Below, piece by piece: positions 57,690-64,000 of a stretch of DNA of 64,000 nt. The notes beneath the pieces are model-generated. The model was not told the origin of the DNA. It saw nothing but the letters and a program-made list of their open reading frames with translations, and did no database searches. Each line of letters opens with the position of its first letter. Position 1 is the stretch's first letter. The position numbers and the translations under genes were made by a program. The stretch comes from Candidatus Multivoradales bacterium (GTDB lineage Bacteria > Acidobacteriota > Thermoanaerobaculia > Multivoradales > Multivoraceae): positions 4,224,001 to 4,288,000 of the forward strand of contig CBDCWI010000002.1 of assembly GCA_965223325.1 (NCBI GenBank). The letters run 5' to 3'.

Positions 57690-59330
57690 ATGCATCGCAA
57701 CGTTCTTCTGTCGACGAGCTGCCTCGCTGTCGCTGCGGTCAGCCTCGTCGTTGTCGCCCCTTTTGCGCAGGCCCAGGCATCGGACGAACCGGTCGACTGG
57801 GAGACCATTGCGCTCATTCGTCATGAAGGTTTCAACAATTCTCAGATCGAAGAGACGCTTTCTCATCTGACCGACGGGATCGGTCCGCGGCTCACGGGGT
57901 CGCCGGCGATGATGGAGGCCAACCGCTACACCCGGGACAAGCTCGCCGAATGGGGCCTGGTGAACGCCGAGGTCGAACCGTGGGGTGAGTTCGGTCGCGG
58001 CTGGTCGTTTACGCGTGCGGCGGTGCATATGCTGTCGCCGCGCCCGACTCCGCTACAGGCCCTCCCCAAGGCGTGGACTCCGGGCACCGACGGCGCGAAG
58101 ACCGGTACCTGTATCAAGGTGTCGCTCGAGAGCGAAGAGGACCTCGAGAAGTGGAAGGGCAAGCTCCAGGGCAAGATCTTGTTGCTTTCTGATGCGCGCA
58201 CGCCAGACGATCCAGACGGGGTCGAGTTTCATCGCTACTCCGAAGAAGAGCTCGAGGCGCGCGAGAGCTTTCCGCTGCCGCGCGATCGACCGGACTTCCG
58301 CAAGCGTTACGCAAAGCGACTGGCTTTTGGCAAGACCCTCAATGAGTTTCTGGAGAGCGAGGGGGTCCTGGCAACGCTCGAGATCTCGAGCCGCGACGCA
58401 GGAATCCTCCGCCTCGGTGCAGGCGGTTCCCGGGAACCGGGCGAGAGCGTGGGAGTGCCTTCCCTGGTGATGGCGGCCGAGCACTACAACTGGCTTGTGC
58501 GGTTGCTGGCAGACGACCAGGAGGTCGAGCTCGAGATTGAAGTCGAGGCGCAGTTTCACGACGGCGACCTCGAGGGCTACAACACCGTGGCGGAGCTTCC
58601 GGGCACTGACAAGGCGAAGGAACTGGTCATGGTGGGCGCACACCTCGACTCTTGGCACGCCGCCAGCGGTTCCAACGACAACGCTGCCGGCTCGGTCGTG
58701 GCGATGGAAGCGATTCGGATTCTGAAGGCGATCGGTGTCAAGCCGCGGCGCACCATCCGCGTCGCGCTCTGGAGTGGCGAAGAGCAGGGTCTTCACGGGT
58801 CGCGCCGTTACGTCGAGAAGCACTTCGCGGCGCGGCCGGAGCCCGAAGACGAAGAGGTCCGCCGCGGCCCACGCTTCTTGTGGCCCGAGACCTGGCCGAT
58901 CGACTACAAGCCCGCCTGGGAGAACTTCCAGGCCTACTTCAATCTCGACAACGGCTCGGGCAAGATCCGCGGCATCTACACGCAGTCGAACGCCGCCCTG
59001 GTGCCGATCTTCGAAGCCTGGCTCGAGCCGCTTCACGATCTGGGTGCCGACACGGTCACCAACCGCAACACCGGCGGCACCGACCATCAGGCTTTCGATG
59101 CCTATTCGTTGCCGGGGTTCCAGTTCATCCAGGACGGCCTCGACTACGGGTCGCGCACCCATCACACCGACCTCGATCACTTCGATCACGCCCGCATCGA
59201 CGATCTCAAGCAGGCAGCGGTGGTGATGGCCACCTTCGCCTACCAGGCGGCGATGCGCGACGAGCTCCTGCCTCGCAAGCCCAAGCCGCAACAGAGAAAA
59301 GTCGACGAAGAATCCGGCACTGGTCACTGA
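57690..59330 (+). CDS. M28-family metallopeptidase with PA-like insert (carboxypeptidase Q-like)
   Basis: GPRLTGS, GAHLDSW, DNAAG, SGEEQG, NLDNG, TDH, THH. Confidence 0.92.
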   Translation: MHRNVLLSTSCLAVAAVSLVVVAPFAQAQASDEPVDWETIALIRHEGFNNSQIEETLSHLTDGIGPRLTGSPAMMEANRYTRDKLAEWGLVNAEVEPWGEFGRGWSFTRAAVHMLSPRPTPLQALPKAWTPGTDGAKTGTCIKVSLESEEDLEKWKGKLQGKILLLSDARTPDDPDGVEFHRYSEEELEARESFPLPRDRPDFRKRYAKRLAFGKTLNEFLESEGVLATLEISSRDAGILRLGAGGSREPGESVGVPSLVMAAEHYNWLVRLLADDQEVELEIEVEAQFHDGDLEGYNTVAELPGTDKAKELVMVGAHLDSWHAASGSNDNAAGSVVAMEAIRILKAIGVKPRRTIRVALWSGEEQGLHGSRRYVEKHFAARPEPEDEEVRRGPRFLWPETWPIDYKPAWENFQAYFNLDNGSGKIRGIYTQSNAALVPIFEAWLEPLHDLGADTVTNRNTGGTDHQAFDAYSLPGFQFIQDGLDYGSRTHHTDLDHFDHARIDDLKQAAVVMATFAYQAAMRDELLPRKPKPQQRKVDEESGTGH

Positions 59331-59366
59331 CCCTCGGCCGGTCATGAGCCCTCGGCCAGTCATGAG
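59331..59366. repeat. Two tandem 18-bp direct repeats
   Basis: CCCTCGGCCGGTCATGAG and CCCTCGGCCAGTCATGAG. Confidence 0.8.
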
Positions 59367-59373
59367 CCCAGTG

Positions 59374-59397
59374 CACCAGGGGGCGCCCCTCCTGGTG
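59374..59397 (+). terminator. GC-rich hairpin after the M28 gene
   Basis: CACCAGG...CCTGGTG stem; no clear U tract. Confidence 0.35.
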
Positions 59398-59617
59398 GGG
59401 GGGAATCGAGGAGTCTGCTGCGTCGTGTTTCAGGCGCCGTGCTGGTTGAGCCGGCAACTGCAGAGAAGGGCATCGCGTTTTTGTCGGCGGCAGTAGAGAC
59501 AAACGAACGGGGCAACGCTGCTCATGCGCTTTGGCGAGCCCTGGTCGGGCGACTAGTGCAGGCTACGCCGATCGCTTCGGAGAGAACCCAAGAGACGGAC
59601 CGGCTACACTGCGATGC

Positions 59618-60784
59618 ATGCGCTCAGGTCTCCATGACTCGGCCTGGTCGGTCCTCGCGGCCCTCACCCTGATCGTGACTGCTTGTTGTCTCCCGGCGCG
59701 GAGCGCTTATGCGCAGGGGAGCTCTGGTTCAGCAAGTCAGCAACTCGATTGCGCCAATACCGAACTCCTGGCTTTCCAACAGCTCTTGGTCTTTGCACCA
59801 CATCCCGACGATGAAGTGCTGGGGTTCGGTGGGCTGATCGATGCCTTCCTCGAAGCCGAGAAGAACGTCACGGTGATCGTCGCGACGGACGGAGACGCTT
59901 ACTGCCAAGCGTGTCGCTTCTGGAAGAACGGCTCGCTTGCCGGGCCACTGTGCACAGCGACAGATCTCAGAAACCTGGGCACGACGACCGTCGACAGCTT
60001 CGCCGAGGTGCGGCGCAACGAAAGCCGCCGTGCGATGAAGCGGCTGGGGGGGCCGGAGCCCATCTTTCTCGGCTACCCAGACAGCGGCCTTGCCGCGGCG
60101 CGTGCCAATCAACGTCGCGGTGCTGAGGGCGCGACCCTTCATCGCACCGATTTTTCCATGTGCGAGAGCTGTCTGACCTGCGCCGGTTACGGCAAGGGCC
60201 CGGCAACGACTCTTTCAGCGACCTCCCTCGTTCACAAGCTGCGCGAGACCATCGAGAAGCAGCCTGAGACCACTCTGGTTGCAACGACCCACCCTCTCGA
60301 CGGCCACGGTGATCATGCTGCCCTCGGCTCATTTGTTACCGAAGCCAGTGCGAACCTAGAAAAGCCCAGAACGATTGCGTACGCCGTGATCCACGCCCAC
60401 ACTCCGAACGGGCACGCTCATCCGGACTGCTGGTATCCAGAGCCTGCCGCAGCCGTGTGCCCTTGTTTCAACGGGCAGCCAGTAGAAAGCGAACCGAATT
60501 GGCTGACGACCCAGCGCGAGGCGCGGTACCGCCCCGATCTCCCTGCTCGCCTTCCTGATGACAGAGACTACGGCGAGGCGGTGCGCCTGTGCCTCGACGA
60601 GCCTCTTCTAACGGCTTCCGAGAAACGCCTCGTGATCGAGGAGTATGGTTCGCAGCTCGGTTTCACACAGCGTGAGGGCAAACCGAAGAGTGAATTCATG
60701 GGACTGATGGACTGCAATGGCTACCTGATCTCGTTTGCGCGGAATCAAGAGGTCTTCGTACTCCACCGTCCATCGCCCGATTGA
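59618..60784 (+). CDS. PIG-L/LmbE family deacetylase, exported, Cys-rich
   Basis: APHPDDE, TDGD, RRNE, LGYPD, HGDH; signal peptide. Confidence 0.87.
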   Translation: MRSGLHDSAWSVLAALTLIVTACCLPARSAYAQGSSGSASQQLDCANTELLAFQQLLVFAPHPDDEVLGFGGLIDAFLEAEKNVTVIVATDGDAYCQACRFWKNGSLAGPLCTATDLRNLGTTTVDSFAEVRRNESRRAMKRLGGPEPIFLGYPDSGLAAARANQRRGAEGATLHRTDFSMCESCLTCAGYGKGPATTLSATSLVHKLRETIEKQPETTLVATTHPLDGHGDHAALGSFVTEASANLEKPRTIAYAVIHAHTPNGHAHPDCWYPEPAAAVCPCFNGQPVESEPNWLTTQREARYRPDLPARLPDDRDYGEAVRLCLDEPLLTASEKRLVIEEYGSQLGFTQREGKPKSEFMGLMDCNGYLISFARNQEVFVLHRPSPD

Positions 60785-63024
60785 GCGTTCGGAGTAGAGA
60801 ACCCGTGGATCAACCTGCAGCACGCCTCAGGTCGCATCCGCTCGCCGGGCGTCGTGCTGGTGAGCGCCGCTACCGAGTTACTCGAGGGCTATTGACCGCT
60901 GCCTTCTTATCCGTGACCTGGCTTGCAGCATGCAGTGAGCCGGGCAAAGACGGAGCAACCCTTCAGGCTGGGGCGAGCGGCGCGAGTCGCACCACCGAGG
61001 CGAGCGAACGTCCGCAGATTCTCCTTGTCACGATCGACACACTGCGTGCCGACGCTCTCGGTGCCTACGGTAGCCAGAGTGGAGCGACTCCGCTTCTTGA
61101 CCGCCTTGCACAGAAAGGCGTCGTGTATGAGCGTGCCTACGCTCATAACGTCGTCACCTTGCCTTCGCACGCCTCGATTCTCAGCGGCCTCCTGCCGTAC
61201 GAGCACGGTGTCCGCGACAACTCGGGCTTTCGACTCTCGCCTCGAGTTGACACCCTCGCCAGCATTCTCTCGGCAAACGGCTACCGTACGGCAGCCTTCG
61301 TCAGTGCCTTCCCCCTCGCACGCCGCTTCGGCCTCGATCGTGGCTTTGCAGTGTACGAAGACTCGTTCGTCAACCGGCAATCGCGGCCCGCTTTGCTGGA
61401 ACAAGAGCGTTCCGGCAAAGAGACCGTCGCTCTGGCGCTCGACTGGTGGAACAGCGGCCAGAGGGGCGAGGAGCCGTCGTTCGCCTGGGTACATCTCTAC
61501 GAGCCTCACGCTCCGTATTCACCTCCTTCGCCATTCGATGAACGTTTCGCCGAAGCGCCCTACCTTGGCGATGTAAGAGCGGCCGACGCTGCTTTAGCTC
61601 CGCTCCTCGAGCCTCTTCTCACAGACAGCAGCCGCGACACGCTCGTCATCGTTACCTCTGATCACGGCGAGGCACTAGGCGAACATGGCGAAGCGACCCA
61701 TGGCATTTTCGCGTACGAGTCGACACTTCGCGTTCCGCTCCTTCTGCACCGGCCCGCTGCCCTCGAACCCGCGGTGGTTTCCCAACCGGTCCGCCTCATC
61801 GATCTCCTTCCCACGGTGGTCGACGCGGTTGGGCTCCAGGTTTTGCCCAACCTTTCTGGGAGAAGCCTCTTTTCGATTGGAAGCGGAGAGTCTCTCGGCC
61901 CGGCACCGCCGATCTACTTCGAGGCACTTTCGGGACAACTCCATCGCGGTTGGGCGCCCCTCTTTGGATTGATCGATGAGAGCTGGAAGTACATCGATCT
62001 TCCTCTACCAGAGCTCTACGACCTCGAAGGCGACCCGGCGGAAGAGAACAACCGCGCCGAGCAGGACGAAAGCCGCCGCGTTCGGATGGCCGGCCGTCTT
62101 GCGCGGCTCGTGGGGGACCGTCGCAACGCCACTCCCTTGGCAGAGGACCGAGAAACCAGGGAACAGCTCGAGCGGCTTGGCTACCTGACTGGCGGCGGCA
62201 GCTCGAAGAGCCACTACACGCCCGCCGACGACCCCAAGCGCCTCATTCACGTCGACGTAGCCCTGCGTGAGATCGCGACGCTCCACGCGGGAGGCGACCT
62301 TCATGCCGCTCTGCAAAAGAGCCGGGACCTACTGCGAGAGAACCCCAAGGCGAAGATGGCTTGGATGATGGCTGCACAGATTGAGCGAGATCTCGGAAAC
62401 CCCGAGAACGCTGCCGTTGCCATGCAACGGGCGGTCGAGCTCTTCCCGACCGACGACACGGCCGTCGCTCAGCTCGGCGCCTACCTCACCCAGGCCGGGG
62501 GCCCCGCCGAAGCACTTCGAGCAACAGACGGCCGGGCACAGATTGATCGGCCCGATCCCGAAGTTCTCTTTGTCCGAAGTATCGCCTTCGCTCGCCTTGG
62601 ACGTTTTGACGAGGCGTCAGAGAGCCTCGAGTTGGCTGCTGCCTTCGAACCAGCGAATCCAATGGTCGCAGTTCACGAAGGAACGATCGCTCTCATGAGT
62701 GGCGACCGCGCAACTGCGCGGGCGGCTTGGGAGCGTGCTCTCGCATTGGAGGCGAATTCTGTTCAAGCTCATACTGCTCTCGCAGTTCTCGAAACTGAAG
62801 AAGGCCGTTTCAACCAGGCGCTCTCGCATTGGCAGATCGCGGTCTCCCTCGATCCAAGGGAGTCGGCGAAGCTCCTTTCGTTCGCCCAGCGCCTCGATGC
62901 CAGCGGTCGAACAGACGCTGCGCGCTCACTGCTAGAACTCTACGTTGCGAAAGCCCCGGAGGAGACTCACGCTCACGAAATTGCGGCGGCTCGTGCATTC
63001 CTGAGCCGAACCCCAGAACCCTGA
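60781..63024 (+). CDS. Sulfatase-like hydrolase with C-terminal TPR repeats (lipoprotein)
   Basis: LAAC lipobox, TIDTLRAD, TLPSHASILSG, HLYEPH, SDHGE, LYDL, LGYL, TPR helices. Confidence 0.9.
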   Translation: MSVRSREPVDQPAARLRSHPLAGRRAGERRYRVTRGLLTAAFLSVTWLAACSEPGKDGATLQAGASGASRTTEASERPQILLVTIDTLRADALGAYGSQSGATPLLDRLAQKGVVYERAYAHNVVTLPSHASILSGLLPYEHGVRDNSGFRLSPRVDTLASILSANGYRTAAFVSAFPLARRFGLDRGFAVYEDSFVNRQSRPALLEQERSGKETVALALDWWNSGQRGEEPSFAWVHLYEPHAPYSPPSPFDERFAEAPYLGDVRAADAALAPLLEPLLTDSSRDTLVIVTSDHGEALGEHGEATHGIFAYESTLRVPLLLHRPAALEPAVVSQPVRLIDLLPTVVDAVGLQVLPNLSGRSLFSIGSGESLGPAPPIYFEALSGQLHRGWAPLFGLIDESWKYIDLPLPELYDLEGDPAEENNRAEQDESRRVRMAGRLARLVGDRRNATPLAEDRETREQLERLGYLTGGGSSKSHYTPADDPKRLIHVDVALREIATLHAGGDLHAALQKSRDLLRENPKAKMAWMMAAQIERDLGNPENAAVAMQRAVELFPTDDTAVAQLGAYLTQAGGPAEALRATDGRAQIDRPDPEVLFVRSIAFARLGRFDEASESLELAAAFEPANPMVAVHEGTIALMSGDRATARAAWERALALEANSVQAHTALAVLETEEGRFNQALSHWQIAVSLDPRESAKLLSFAQRLDASGRTDAARSLLELYVAKAPEETHAHEIAAARAFLSRTPEP

Positions 63025-63048
63025 GGCCTCATCGCAGCGAGGTGTTCG

Positions 63049-63723
63049 CTAGGGCGCCCACCAGGTTTCTAAACGCGCGCCACCGCGCTGAACAATCTCA
63101 GAGACTGGCAAGGCAAGGTCTCCGCTGCGGGCCCCCTGGTAGACCGACCACTTCTTTTCGCCATGGAGCATCAGCACGATGCGCTGCGTATCGAGCAGAG
63201 CACTGAGAGTAAGGCTGAGGCGAGGCTCCAGGGCCAGGGGGCGTTTCACCACGCAGTCCACCTCGCTTGCGGAACCCGGAAGCGGTCCTATGTCGCCAGG
63301 AAAAAGAGATGCCACATGACCGTCCTCTCCCATCCCCAACACCACGACGTCGAAGGGACGCGGAAATGCCTGTAGATCAGCGGAGTAATCTGCCACCGCC
63401 TCTTCAGGTGAAGCCACGTCGCGTACAAGCCCGACGAAGCGAGGCGAGGAACCTCCGCCGAACAGGAGCTCGCGCACCTGGCGTTCGTTGCTGCGAGGAT
63501 CGTGGGGCGAGACCCAACGCTCGTCCGTAAGCGTGATCCAAACCCTTTCCCAGTCCAGGTCTTCTTGTGCCAACCGTGCAAGGAATGCGCGCGGCGTGCT
63601 GCCTCCTGGCAAGACCAGGCTGGGTTCGCGCCCGTCCATCTGCGCCTTTCGAAGTGCGCTTGCTAACTCCGAGGCGAGAGCTTCGGCTAAGGCTTCACGA
63701 GTATCGAAACAAGATGCGGTCAC
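63049..63723 (-). CDS. pgl: 6-phosphogluconolactonase
   Basis: GGSTP, DERWV, SNE, LGMGEDGHVASLFP; downstream of zwf. Confidence 0.93.
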   Translation of the reverse strand: MTASCFDTREALAEALASELASALRKAQMDGREPSLVLPGGSTPRAFLARLAQEDLDWERVWITLTDERWVSPHDPRSNERQVRELLFGGGSSPRFVGLVRDVASPEEAVADYSADLQAFPRPFDVVVLGMGEDGHVASLFPGDIGPLPGSASEVDCVVKRPLALEPRLSLTLSALLDTQRIVLMLHGEKKWSVYQGARSGDLALPVSEIVQRGGARLETWWAP

Positions 63724-63741
63724 AAGCCTGGGCCTCGTGTC

Positions 63742-63999
63742 TTAGAGAACGTGCTCGTACCAGTGGCGCTCGTCGCGCACGATGAGAGCCACCGACTCTG
63801 AGGGCCCCCAAGACCCCGCACCATAGGTTCGAGGTTTCAGGTTCCGGTCGCGCCACCCGTCGAGAATCGGCTCCACAAACCGCCAAGCCGCCTCGACTTC
63901 TTCAGCGTGCATGAATAGCGTCGCGACGCCCTGGATTACGTCGAGCAATAGACGTTCGTAGGCAGCGAGGCTGTTCTCAGCGGGGCGATCGGCCAGGTT
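63742..63999 (-). CDS. zwf: Glucose-6-phosphate 1-dehydrogenase, C-terminal part (truncated by window edge)
   Basis: AYERLLLDVIQGVATLF...EVEAAW...YGAGSWGP. Confidence 0.9.
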   Translation of the reverse strand, partial: NLADRPAENSLAAYERLLLDVIQGVATLFMHAEEVEAAWRFVEPILDGWRDRNLKPRTYGAGSWGPSESVALIVRDERHWYEHVL

Positions 64000-64000
64000 G

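Noticed and set aside
58053-59363. 436-aa minus-strand ORF (likewise 11835-12947 and 16074-17213)
   Set aside because: Antisense to well-supported genes (M28 peptidase, phosphodiesterase, thrC).
59331-59366. 18-bp direct repeats as a mobile-element target duplication
   Set aside because: The repeats are adjacent with nothing between them; likely a simple slippage duplication.

Overview
This is GC-rich bacterial chromosomal DNA. Two ADOP-type duplicated permeases, an Oar-type TonB receptor, a BlaI/M56 pair and a Thr-type sulfatase-TPR protein point to an Acidobacteriota genome, possibly Thermoanaerobaculia; this is inferred from gene content only. About 50 genes are present, mostly secreted hydrolases, transporters and housekeeping enzymes (thrC, cysteine synthase, pgl, partial zwf). 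No rRNA, tRNA or CRISPR array was seen. Highlights: (1) a complete five-gene porin-cytochrome electron conduit with no MtrC: decaheme MtrA/MtoA-like, MtrB-like porin, tetraheme NapC/CymA-like, a small 2-TM protein and a monoheme MtoD-like cytochrome; (2) a shared short C-terminal tag, [IV]xxD[GD][FL]E[SG]G-x4-6-W, on four unrelated proteins (three with visible export signals, one truncated), a candidate undescribed sorting or anchoring signal; (3) a BlaI/M56 sensor whose sensor domain is a two-armed array of Pro-punctuated 14-residue repeats with a His ladder, preceded by a clear tandem operator; (4) a 3' remnant of a group II intron (maturase tail plus domains V and VI) that the ORF track does not show; (5) a catalytically degenerate, internally deleted SNF2/DrmD-like helicase facing a frameshifted thermonuclease; (6) a stand-alone pseudokinase. 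Several genes carry single-base frameshifts or an in-frame stop, which could be real decay or sequencing error.
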